Virus record (IMG/VR): IMGVR_UViG_3300019459_001231
Coordinates: 3,626-67,625 of that record
Reading direction: 5' to 3' (one strand)
Source: a virus
Lineage: Duplodnaviria; Caudoviricetes
Length of the DNA: 64,000 bases
This document shows, piece after piece, positions 36,669-44,869 of this stretch (its first letter is position 1; each line of letters starts with the position of its first letter). The notes under the pieces are model-generated. The model had not been told where the DNA came from and did no database searches. It worked only from the letters and a program-made list of their open reading frames with translations. The position numbers and the translations under genes are program-made.

Positions 36669-37116
36669 TAGGGACTAACCGTAGTCCCTAACGTGCGTAT
36701 TACGGCGCAACCCATCTCTGTTTGTGTATTTCTAATTATCCCACTATAGTTCTTGTCTAATGGGTTTCCTTTCTTGTTACAGTTCGGATTAAAGTAACAA
36801 CACAGTTACTTTGAAATACACACTCACTTGTTGCCTTTCGAGCTCTTGTCCTATGCACAGGAAAGTAGGTGCATCTACTCTGGTGTGTATATCAAAACAC
36901 TATGTTAATATGGATAGGAGGGACTCGAGAATACCCTCAACCCAGGTTTACAGTCTCGCTGTCATATACCCAGGAGCCTAGCATCGTACAGTTACGTTCG
37001 AAGTCGCATCTTCATGTCTCCATGCTCATGCGCTGCCACTACAGCTACTAGCCAAGTTCGGGGCCTGTCTACCCCTCTTCCTTGCACTATCTAACTCAGA
37101 CCGTCGTCTTTGTTAT
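36669..37116 (-). ncRNA. unassigned structured non-coding RNA(s)
   Basis: No credible ORF; own sigma70 promoter; many hairpins; terminal 9-bp stem at 36669-36690. Confidence 0.75.
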
Positions 37117-37122
37117 GTACTT

Positions 37123-37151
37123 AATATAGTATAGGTTAACCACAATGTCAA
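37123..37151 (-). promoter_or_regulatory. sigma70 promoter TTGACA-N17-TATATT
   Basis: -35 at 37146-37151, -10 at 37123-37128. Confidence 0.8.
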
Positions 37152-37155
37152 CCTT

Positions 37156-37404
37156 TTATTGCCATTTTTCTTTATTTTTTTCTTGTTCTTTTAACCAACG
37201 CTTACGTGCTTGTGCTTTGGCACGTTTCTTTACTGCACTGGGCTTTTCATAAAAGTCTTTTTTACGCATGTCTTTTGCCATGCCTTCGTTGTTGCATAGC
37301 TTCTTGAGCTTGCGTATTGCACGACTTACATCGTTGTTTCTTACTTCGACATACAAGCCTCGCTTGTTTACTTCGTCTCTATCTTTATATCTGTCTCTAT
37401 TCAT
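37156..37404 (-). CDS. rpsU: 30S ribosomal protein bS21
   Basis: VEVRNNDVSRAIRKLKK...EG...YEKPSAVKKR. Confidence 0.9.
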   Translation of the reverse strand: MNRDRYKDRDEVNKRGLYVEVRNNDVSRAIRKLKKLCNNEGMAKDMRKKDFYEKPSAVKKRAKAQARKRWLKEQEKNKEKWQ

Positions 37405-37931
37405 TCTTTCCTCGTCAATACGCCAATCATTCGATTACCGTTTATAGATGGTTTGGCATCCCAATCACAGTTTTGGATACATTGTATAATACGATCCATT
37501 ATACCAAAACCTTGTTGCTTATTGGCATTTTCTCTGCCTTTAAATCGTATAACACACTTTACCTTGTTACCTTTGTCTAAGAACTTAATAATATTTTTAA
37601 GTTTAGTATCAAAGTCGTGATCACCGATACCTAATCTGAATTGCATCTCTTTGATTACAATTTTACTTTCTCGTTGCTTTTTTGCGGCTTCTTTTTGTTT
37701 ACGTTTTTGTTCGTAGAAATATTTACCAGCATCGAGTAATTTTGCAATTGGTGGATCACTTTTTTCGTTGATCACTACCAAATCTACTTGTTGTCTTTTA
37801 GCCAAGTCAAGTGCTTCATTTTTATACATAACACCTGATTGTCCTTGTTCACCAACCACACGCAATTGTCTGTATGTGATTGATTCGTTAACCTGCTTTA
37901 TAGCAGTGTTGTTCTTCTTAAAGTTCTTCAA
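37401..37931 (-). CDS. infC: translation initiation factor IF-3
   Basis: NESITYRQLRVVG, DLVVI...PPIAKLLDAGKYFYE, IKEMQFR..IGDHD, GNKVKCVIRFKGRE. Confidence 0.93.
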   Translation of the reverse strand: MKNFKKNNTAIKQVNESITYRQLRVVGEQGQSGVMYKNEALDLAKRQQVDLVVINEKSDPPIAKLLDAGKYFYEQKRKQKEAAKKQRESKIVIKEMQFRLGIGDHDFDTKLKNIIKFLDKGNKVKCVIRFKGRENANKQQGFGIMDRIIQCIQNCDWDAKPSINGNRMIGVLTRKE

Positions 37932-38343
37932 GAGTATTCAACATCATTTCTGCGTATTCTCCTATATTATCATATACGTTTACTTCAGGTATTGTATTCA
38001 ACAAACGCACCACGCTCTTGCGTTTATTCTTTTCACTGAAATAAACAGTTCCTTTTTTCTTAACCATAAATGCACAAACCAAGCCCAGCTCTGTAATATT
38101 ATCTAAATCAACATAGATAGTATCACTGAATCTCATCATACTCATTACCCATGCACAGTTAGCATCATCTATTGCACCGTCTGGATGGTACAATGTAATA
38201 GGTACAGTCTTAAATATGTTTTCATAAAGAGCTTCTAAGTCTAATACAAATTCTGTGTTACTACTTAGCACAGTAATCACAGGGCCATTGTCGGGTAATA
38301 ACATGTCAGGCGGTGTTACTGTATATATAGGGTTTTCCCTCAT
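37918..38343 (-). CDS. hypothetical protein
   Basis: ORF coupled to infC. Confidence 0.7.
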   Translation of the reverse strand: MRENPIYTVTPPDMLLPDNGPVITVLSSNTEFVLDLEALYENIFKTVPITLYHPDGAIDDANCAWVMSMMRFSDTIYVDLDNITELGLVCAFMVKKKGTVYFSEKNKRKSVVRLLNTIPEVNVYDNIGEYAEMMLNTLEEL

Positions 38344-38352
38344 AGGGCTATA

Positions 38353-40476
38353 TTATTCCTTTTTTATCTTTATGCTCTTAATAGTTTTACCAGTACCAGC
38401 TAAACGTCCGTCTGACGAATATAATTTTATATTACGTCTTTGACTCAGCTCTTGCGCACTAAGTTCGCTATCGTCTCTATTATCAGTATACGGGTCGTAT
38501 GGGATATTGTCAACCTCTTTTTCAAGTTCTTTGGCAACTTGCTCGAGTACATCAGGTTCTGCTTTATCTAAGAGAACGGCCAATTCGTCTTCTTTGCTGT
38601 TAACATTTGATCCTTGAGCTTCCTCCACTGTCTCCCGTTGTGAAACATTAGATTCATTGCTGGCTTCTCCATCTCGTTCATTATTTGCCACATCATCTCT
38701 TTGTAGGTCTTCTTGTACTGTGTCCCCAGAATTTCGTCTATCATTTGTAGGTTCTGGAGGTGTAGGTTCATTATCATGTGCATTTTTTTCATTCCTTCGC
38801 CATTCAAATGTGTACTGTGCGGCAATCAATAACATAACCGCTAGTGGATCAAATACAAATATGATTGTAATAATAACCCAGCGTACTGCTTGTTCTAATA
38901 TATCTTTGTCTGCATCGTCGTATATGAATTCAGCAATGTACTTGATAGGCCCCACTTCTGCTTCTAATTTACGATACTCTGCTTCAATTGCATATTTTTC
39001 TTCTGTCATATTATCTATTAGATTATTTGCATTAACAATACGTTGTTGCTGATCATCTATAATAGCATCAACATCTGCGCCGCCATCTACTCTAATACGG
39101 TCTCTTAGACGCTGTATGAGATCATTACTTGCGGCTATTTGTGCATCAGCACCTTCACGTAATTGTTTTATAGTATCTCTAGCGGCATTAATACGGGGAT
39201 CATCTGCTTGTCTAAGTTTTGTAATTTGATCTTGGGCAACTTGTCTAGCACTTCTATTAGCAGGAATATCTGTGTTTAACACTGCATCAATTTTTGTTTG
39301 TATACTTTCTTTACTTTGTTTTGCGACATCAATAGCACCTGCACGTACTGTATCGATTGCTTCCAGTAACCCTTGTTTGCGATCTTGTATTGCAGTTGTT
39401 TGATTGCCACGCAAGTCTTTGACCAAGTCTGTTAAACGTGTGCGCTCTGTTTCAACTACACTTTGTGCTTGAGTTCTCAATTGTGTTTCTTGTGCTTGAA
39501 GATCTGAAATACGTTGCTGTTGTGCCTCTACCCAAGTTGTTAATGCTCGTCGGGTATTGCCTCCAAATAGTCCATCACTAGTAACACCTATAACAGCCTG
39601 TCCTTCTTGTATCTTAGCACGTTCTGTACTTTGCAGTTTATTTGTAGTAACAACAATTGATTGTTCTATGTTTGCAATTTGTTTTTGTAAACTTTCTACT
39701 GCGCTGTTGTCTGCTTCTACTGCACTAATACGTGCTTCGTATTCATTTGCTTGTGTGTTTATGCGATCCAAGTCTGCATCTAACTGTGCAATCTGATCCA
39801 AGTAAGGTTGTACTTGTTGTTCAATACTTGCAACAGTTGTGTTGGCAAGATCCGATCTCAATTCGGATACCAAGTTATTCAAACGTTGTAGCTCTTTGTC
39901 TAACGCTGTAATTTCGTCTTCATACACAGCAACTCTGCTGTCCATAGTATCAAGTTGTGTTTGAATAATAGTGTTTTGTTCTGCAATAGCAGGTTCTATT
40001 CTTGTGTATGCACTGTCAATACGTGTTTGTTCTTTGTCTATCTGTGCTTGGATGTCCTCATTGAGGTTACCTGTACTGCTTTCTGCTTTGGCAATTTTTT
40101 GTTCAGCTCTAACAATAATACTTTCTTGTCTAGCTATTTCTGTTTCAAGTCTTGCTACTTGTTCTACAGTCTCCATACTTGCTGTGGTTTGTTCGATGTG
40201 TGCTTTTGATAAGAAACCAAATATACCCATACTAGTAATAAACATAAGAACCACAACTGCGATACTGAGATAAAATTTCATCCACCAAGCAGCTCTATCC
40301 CAGAAGCGATGAAGCCAAACTGCGGTGACAAGTTTACCAACTTCTAACACTCCGCCCATAATAATAATTGGAACTGCGGCGGCGGCAAAAATAGCAACCA
40401 ATCCAGCTACACTGTAATAGATTGCAACGGCACTGATGCACAGTGCGATTAGCATTGTTAATATTCCAAATATCAT
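38353..40476 (-). CDS. membrane-anchored long coiled-coil protein
   Basis: 3 N-terminal TMs, ~420-aa heptad region, C-terminal TM (IIFVFDPLAV), internal QAVIGVTSDGLFGGNTRRAL PG-binding-like motif. Confidence 0.8.
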   Translation of the reverse strand: MIFGILTMLIALCISAVAIYYSVAGLVAIFAAAAVPIIIMGGVLEVGKLVTAVWLHRFWDRAAWWMKFYLSIAVVVLMFITSMGIFGFLSKAHIEQTTASMETVEQVARLETEIARQESIIVRAEQKIAKAESSTGNLNEDIQAQIDKEQTRIDSAYTRIEPAIAEQNTIIQTQLDTMDSRVAVYEDEITALDKELQRLNNLVSELRSDLANTTVASIEQQVQPYLDQIAQLDADLDRINTQANEYEARISAVEADNSAVESLQKQIANIEQSIVVTTNKLQSTERAKIQEGQAVIGVTSDGLFGGNTRRALTTWVEAQQQRISDLQAQETQLRTQAQSVVETERTRLTDLVKDLRGNQTTAIQDRKQGLLEAIDTVRAGAIDVAKQSKESIQTKIDAVLNTDIPANRSARQVAQDQITKLRQADDPRINAARDTIKQLREGADAQIAASNDLIQRLRDRIRVDGGADVDAIIDDQQQRIVNANNLIDNMTEEKYAIEAEYRKLEAEVGPIKYIAEFIYDDADKDILEQAVRWVIITIIFVFDPLAVMLLIAAQYTFEWRRNEKNAHDNEPTPPEPTNDRRNSGDTVQEDLQRDDVANNERDGEASNESNVSQRETVEEAQGSNVNSKEDELAVLLDKAEPDVLEQVAKELEKEVDNIPYDPYTDNRDDSELSAQELSQRRNIKLYSSDGRLAGTGKTIKSIKIKKE

Positions 40477-40479
40477 AAT

Positions 40480-40833
40480 TTACTCTCCAAACTTTTTGGC
40501 ATACCCATCGTCAATCATTCTAGCATTGACGTCGACTTTGCCACCTATGGAGTCAATGGTGTAAACTTTACCCATTGTTCTTCCGGCTTTGCCTCTTTTG
40601 TTCATTATTGTTTCACAGAAAAATTGCTGACCTAACAAATCTGTAAGTTTTATTTTAGCTGACATTGCACTATTTTTTTCTGCTTCGTCCGCACTTCTGA
40701 TATCATGTACATGTACGCCGTATAATTTAATTCTTTGTCTTATAGTAACATTAAAACCCAAGTCGATGATTGCATCAACTGTGTTTCCGTCTATCACTCT
40801 TATTGTGTTGCATTGATACGTATACATATGCAA
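40480..40833 (-). CDS. degenerate thermonuclease-like paralog
   Basis: VIDGNTV, KLYGVHVHD, KAGRTMG; homologous to 20400-20822. Confidence 0.75.
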   Translation of the reverse strand: MHMYTYQCNTIRVIDGNTVDAIIDLGFNVTIRQRIKLYGVHVHDIRSADEAEKNSAMSAKIKLTDLLGQQFFCETIMNKRGKAGRTMGKVYTIDSIGGKVDVNARMIDDGYAKKFGE

Positions 40834-40850
40834 AATCCTTTATCTTTATA

Positions 40851-41534
40851 CTATTTATCGGATTTTGCTTGGACAGCCATCCATTGTTGGGCTATTCTGT
40901 TGTTGGGAATAGTTTTTGACCATGCACCTATCTGTTTAAATGCACTTGTTAAATCACGTTGGACATCAGAACCTTCGCTGTTGTCAATAATAAACATATC
41001 TTCTTTAAAATATCTTTGGAACTTTCCAATATTATTTTGTACTTGACTCCACATCTTAGACACTACATCTTCTGGCAAAGTGCGATCTCTAAGTTTATTA
41101 CGCTGTTGTGCAGTTTCTAAGTCAGTGTTGACGAATACCATTGCAGTTTCGTAACCTAACCGACGGAGTTTTTCACTCATCATTACGATTTTTTCGTAGT
41201 CTTTACCAGTGCCATCCATTACTAATCCAAGTCTACCTGTATCAGTATAGATTTCCTGTCTTTTTCTAGTAATATTTTTAGCTTTATCTCTTACGTCCTG
41301 ACCTTGTGGACTGTAGATAGTATCTGGGTCTGCTTTCATACCCATCTTTGCTAGCATCTTTTCAAATGCTGTGTCGCTATTAACGATTTTAAATCCCATG
41401 CTTTCGAAACCGCTATTCTTTACAACAAAACTTTTTCCACTGCCAGGGCCTCCAGCAGTGAATATTGCTTTAAAAATAGCGGGGTCGTTAGGACCCTCGC
41501 TAATAGTTTTCGTTATGATTTCGTTTACTAACAT
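40851..41534 (-). CDS. P-loop kinase (zeta-toxin/PNK-like)
   Basis: AGGPGSGKSF, LVMDGTG, VFVNTDLETAQQRN; N-terminal leader ending in ISE. Confidence 0.75.
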   Translation of the reverse strand: MLVNEIITKTISEGPNDPAIFKAIFTAGGPGSGKSFVVKNSGFESMGFKIVNSDTAFEKMLAKMGMKADPDTIYSPQGQDVRDKAKNITRKRQEIYTDTGRLGLVMDGTGKDYEKIVMMSEKLRRLGYETAMVFVNTDLETAQQRNKLRDRTLPEDVVSKMWSQVQNNIGKFQRYFKEDMFIIDNSEGSDVQRDLTSAFKQIGAWSKTIPNNRIAQQWMAVQAKSDK

Positions 41535-41547
41535 GCATTTATTTATG

Positions 41548-42177
41548 CTAGTCCCAACGATAAAAGATATGACTTCCTATTCTACCAATATGATTCATAC
41601 TACTGTCTGTAGACCAATAAGGCTTTACATAGCTAGCATGATAGTGTGTTGCACCTTCAGTAATGCCTCGATACTTGTTTGCAAATAGAATACTACCTGC
41701 TACATACTGTGCATTAGCCCATCCTGTTTCGTCACCTGGAACGTCTGGTTTCCCGTCACAATACCAACTAAATTGACAAGCATCTCGAACCATCACCATA
41801 CGTTCAGGATCTTTCCAACTGGGTTTTTTCTTTCCTTGATATACTACATCACAAATAGTGTTTGGGTATCTTGCATCACGTACTCTGTTTAATACAACAT
41901 CTGCAACTGCGTATTGTCCTGCTAGATTATCGCTTCGTGATTCGTAATACACATTTAGTGCCAAACAATGTGCTTGTGGGTTGTCGATTAGATCAGGATA
42001 GATTGTAGGCGTTTGCTCATTTTCAATTACACTTGCAACAAGTGCTTCAATCATCTCAGGTGGAACAATTGCTGTTTCACTTTTTGCCGCTGTTGCTGAA
42101 TACGAATACGCAATTAGCCCAATGGCCACTGCTCCGTTCAATGTCATACTCAATGCGGAGGTAACAAATTTTAACAT
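41548..42177 (-). CDS. SleB-like cell-wall hydrolase
   Basis: CLALNVYYESR, VVLNRV, CQFSWYCDG, GATHYHA, IGSHIFY. Confidence 0.92.
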   Translation of the reverse strand: MLKFVTSALSMTLNGAVAIGLIAYSYSATAAKSETAIVPPEMIEALVASVIENEQTPTIYPDLIDNPQAHCLALNVYYESRSDNLAGQYAVADVVLNRVRDARYPNTICDVVYQGKKKPSWKDPERMVMVRDACQFSWYCDGKPDVPGDETGWANAQYVAGSILFANKYRGITEGATHYHASYVKPYWSTDSSMNHIGRIGSHIFYRWD

Positions 42178-42201
42178 ACTCTGCCTCTTTGGTTATGTTA
42201 T

Positions 42202-42426
42202 TTACAGTTCACCAAGACTTAGTTGTTCTCTGATTTTACCATTTTCATCAATCAGCTGAACACGACCGTCTTTGATTTTACCACGTGGCATCAAGTATTG
42301 TTTTTGTTTTATTTGACTGTTCATGTGTTTGACTGCTTGTCTTTTGTCACTGAACAAGTCGTAATTTTTTGTTTGGATGCCACCATGATTATTATAAAAC
42401 ACAGTTTCAACTTCGTAGGTACTCAT
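42202..42426 (-). CDS. hypothetical early protein
   Basis: AAGGAG RBS; TTGACA-N17-TATATT promoter upstream. Confidence 0.6.
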   Translation of the reverse strand: MSTYEVETVFYNNHGGIQTKNYDLFSDKRQAVKHMNSQIKQKQYLMPRGKIKDGRVQLIDENGKIREQLSLGEL

Positions 42427-42466
42427 TGTATTACGCTCCTTTGTATACAATATAGTACACCCTGTG

Positions 42467-42649
42467 TTATATGTCAAGTTCAAACTGATAGCCAGGAGCT
42501 TGTTTTTCAAACTCTTCAACTATTGCTTTCTTTGTTGCAATCATGTTTTCTAGCGAGTATATTGCCATTCGCTTTTCATCACTAGCACCTTCTGTTAGGT
42601 TGATGATTGCATTTTCAAGTGTTTCGATATCTTGAAGTTCTTGTACCAT
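42467..42649 (-). CDS. hypothetical early protein
   Basis: GGAGA RBS. Confidence 0.6.
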   Translation of the reverse strand: MVQELQDIETLENAIINLTEGASDEKRMAIYSLENMIATKKAIVEEFEKQAPGYQFELDI

Positions 42650-42659
42650 ATTTGGTCTC

Positions 42660-42845
42660 CTAGTTTAAATCACACTGCCAATAAGAACCATCATACTCAG
42701 CACGTAATGCGCCAAGTGGATAATCCTCATGCTCAAACAGTATATAAGGTTTTCCATAAAAGTCAATCTTTTGCGTTACAACATTGACTTCGCTAATATC
42801 TATAGTACGCTCGCCGGGTACAGCTGAATTAAAAATCCGTATCAA
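42660..42845 (-). CDS. hypothetical early protein
   Basis: Coupled ORF. Confidence 0.55.
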   Translation of the reverse strand: MIRIFNSAVPGERTIDISEVNVVTQKIDFYGKPYILFEHEDYPLGALRAEYDGSYWQCDLN

Positions 42846-43144
42846 ACCATTGCTCCTTCAATTTCATTAGCGGCTTCATCAAACCAAGCAGTGTATTGCT
42901 CTCCATCAAGAACAACGCTCCAACACATATACATGTCACTGTCAACAAAGTTCCAGTTGATGCTTCCATCTTCGTTGAGATTATCTGTCATCTCAACAGT
43001 TGCGATCATATCTGTTTTAAAACGGTTGTACATTTCATCTTGCTCTTTAAGAGCATTGTACAAACTTTCAGGAATAACACTGTAACCAAGTTTTCTGTTG
43101 TGTGCTACATACGCTTGGTAAGTATTATGATCAGTTGCTTGCAT
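42842..43144 (-). CDS. hypothetical early protein
   Basis: GGAGA RBS, probable start MQATDHN. Confidence 0.6.
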   Translation of the reverse strand: MQATDHNTYQAYVAHNRKLGYSVIPESLYNALKEQDEMYNRFKTDMIATVEMTDNLNEDGSINWNFVDSDMYMCWSVVLDGEQYTAWFDEAANEIEGAMV

Positions 43145-43176
43145 GTTTGTCTCCGTTTTATCTAACTTATACATAT

Positions 43177-43205
43177 ACAATAACACCAAGACGTCTTATT
43201 GTCAA
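43177..43205 (-). promoter_or_regulatory. sigma70 promoter with palindrome AAGACGTCTT in the spacer
   Basis: TTGACA(43200-43205)-N17-TATTGT; palindrome at 43188-43197. Confidence 0.7.
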
Positions 43206-43255
43206 GAAAAAAGTGCAAGAAAGAATCCTTGCACTTCAATGGTTTACAACTTTTT

Positions 43256-43516
43256 TTAAGAAAAATCAATATCTGGATATTTTTCTTTTAGCTTGGCACG
43301 ATCATATGCGCCACTAATCATAATGAACATACTGCCCAATACCAAGTAGCTAATCATGCCAGCAAAGAAGCCACTATCACCTTCCCAACCAATTGCATAC
43401 ATCCAAAATGCAATGCATGCTACTAAACCTGTAGCACTGATTGCAATTATTTTTGCGGCACCAAGTGCCATTTTTCCAGCTTCGATTGCTGTAGTTTTAT
43501 AAAGTGTTTTACTCAT
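43256..43516 (-). CDS. two-TM hypothetical protein
   Basis: Probable start MSKTLYK after AAGGAA. Confidence 0.55.
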   Translation of the reverse strand: MSKTLYKTTAIEAGKMALGAAKIIAISATGLVACIAFWMYAIGWEGDSGFFAGMISYLVLGSMFIMISGAYDRAKLKEKYPDIDFS

Positions 43517-43581
43517 TTCAGGTTCCTTTCTTAGAGTAATTGGACTAAGTGTCCGGTTAGTTCCTCCCAAATTCGCCCGTA

Positions 43582-43899
43582 TTATACTGCCTCGAAGCCG
43601 CACATTGCGACCTTATATTTTTTATTGCCAATCAACATTTGGTCCCCCATTGATGTTGACCGGAGACCCATTCCACCTTCGTGCAATGGTGCCATTACTG
43701 TTACATTAGGATTGTAGTCACCGTTTGGTTCTCCGTTTGAGAACGTTTCTTCTTTGATTGACCAACTACCCATTACGTTGTTAGTCCAACGATATGCATA
43801 CTCAAGTGCATCATTGGTTTCAGTTCCGTCAGGAACATCAACAAATGCCACTGTGTTAGGTGTATCTTCGAACGCTGTGTGTATAACTGCTACTTGCAT
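43582..43899 (-). CDS. conserved phage hypothetical protein
   Basis: AYRWTNN..GSWS, LRSTSMGD motifs. Confidence 0.7.
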   Translation of the reverse strand: MQVAVIHTAFEDTPNTVAFVDVPDGTETNDALEYAYRWTNNVMGSWSIKEETFSNGEPNGDYNPNVTVMAPLHEGGMGLRSTSMGDQMLIGNKKYKVAMCGFEAV

Positions 43900-43916
43900 A
43901 TCTAAGTCCTCTCTTT

Positions 43917-44066
43917 TTATAACTGTTCACATACTGCATGACCTTCTGACAGGTCAACTACAACAACAGTTTCCTGCACAGGGTACTGCGTGATAAAATC
44001 TGACGCTGCTTGAAAGCTGGTGAAAAAGAATGACTGTTGACGGTCAAAATCTACTACTGCAAACAT
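43917..44066 (-). CDS. 49-aa hypothetical protein (below ORF-track cutoff)
   Basis: MFAVVDFDRQQSFFFTSFQAASDFITQYPVQETVVVVDLSEGHAVCEQL; AAGGAG RBS. Confidence 0.6.
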   Translation of the reverse strand: MFAVVDFDRQQSFFFTSFQAASDFITQYPVQETVVVVDLSEGHAVCEQL

Positions 44067-44096
44067 AAGTAACTCCTTTGTCTAACTTACATATAC

Positions 44097-44125
44097 ATAT
44101 TACAGTCAAGACGTCTTACTGTCAA
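44097..44125 (-). promoter_or_regulatory. sigma70 promoter with palindrome AAGACGTCTT in the spacer
   Basis: TTGACA(44120-44125)-N17-TAATAT; palindrome at 44108-44117. Confidence 0.7.
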
Positions 44126-44140
44126 CCTTTTTCTGCATCT

Positions 44141-44431
44141 TTATTCGAAAATTTTTGGATCAAATTCTACAGTGACAGTTGTGTTCTCTGTATCGTTCCA
44201 CATCTTAATATCTTGCATTAGTTTGTCTAAGGATTCATCAGTCCAGTTGTGTTCTATGTCAACTTCTGTGTTAATGAATCCTTGAAAGTTTTTCCAAGCA
44301 TAATAATTTTGTACCTCTACATAATCGCAAGGATCATATCCTTCATGTATGATATCTTTGATTAATGCAGTATCTTTGAATCCGCTTTTGCGTTTTGCAC
44401 GTTCGACTTTGAAGTCGATTATATCCGCCAT
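44141..44431 (-). CDS. hypothetical protein
   Basis: MADIIDFK N-terminus; coupled ORF. Confidence 0.65.
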   Translation of the reverse strand: MADIIDFKVERAKRKSGFKDTALIKDIIHEGYDPCDYVEVQNYYAWKNFQGFINTEVDIEHNWTDESLDKLMQDIKMWNDTENTTVTVEFDPKIFE

Positions 44432-44721
44432 TAATCACACTCCGGAAACTTGTGTCTTACTATTTGTTCAATTGGTTGGAAATGCCCATTCATATTTTCT
44501 GCAATGTATACTTTAGGTTCTTCTGTTCCCCAACGGAAAATAGCACCCTTAGCCATGTTAAATATTTCACGTTTATTGCTGTTAATAATGGTATCTTTTG
44601 GATCATCGTCTCCCACTTCATCCAAATATCTTAGTGCATAAGTCGCAATGTCTTCTACACTTAGTGGGACTTCTACTTTTGCGAGTATTCTTCTTCCATT
44701 GCCAGTGTCTTTTGACCTCAT
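44431..44721 (-). CDS. hypothetical protein
   Basis: GAGAGG RBS. Confidence 0.65.
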   Translation of the reverse strand: MRSKDTGNGRRILAKVEVPLSVEDIATYALRYLDEVGDDDPKDTIINSNKREIFNMAKGAIFRWGTEEPKVYIAENMNGHFQPIEQIVRHKFPECD

Positions 44722-44797
44722 TTTTTTAGCCTCTCTTTGCCTATGTTAGTTCTATTATGTGCCATGACATCTTTCCATTCATTCTTACTATAGTAAG

Positions 44798-44826
44798 AGT
44801 TTATGGCAAGACGACTTGATTGTCAA
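44798..44826 (-). promoter_or_regulatory. sigma70 promoter with near-palindrome CAAGACGACTTG in the spacer
   Basis: TTGACA(44821-44826)-N17-TAAACT. Confidence 0.6.
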
Positions 44827-44869
44827 GAAAAAAGATGCAAAAAAGACAAATTAATTCTTGACATAGTAT

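Noticed and set aside
36911-36980. tRNA-Tyr-like segment (CTGTAAA loop, T-arm-like stem, CCA end)
   Set aside because: Anticodon stem has two mismatches, the T-loop is 11 nt, and there is no adjacent 7-bp acceptor stem or D-arm. Kept only as part of the larger ncRNA candidate.
36869-37051. 60-aa minus-strand ORF inside the ncRNA locus
   Set aside because: No RBS, no protein-like composition, and it overlaps dense RNA structure
36669-37116. RNase P, 6S or SRP RNA assignment
   Set aside because: No GAGGAAAGUCC P4 motif, no long 6S rod with central bubble, no SRP GGAA/AGCAG domain IV visible
43214-43237. GTGCAAG-N8-CTTGCAC inverted repeat
   Set aside because: Most simply an ordinary terminator between early genes; it does not match the N5 LysR-type dyad
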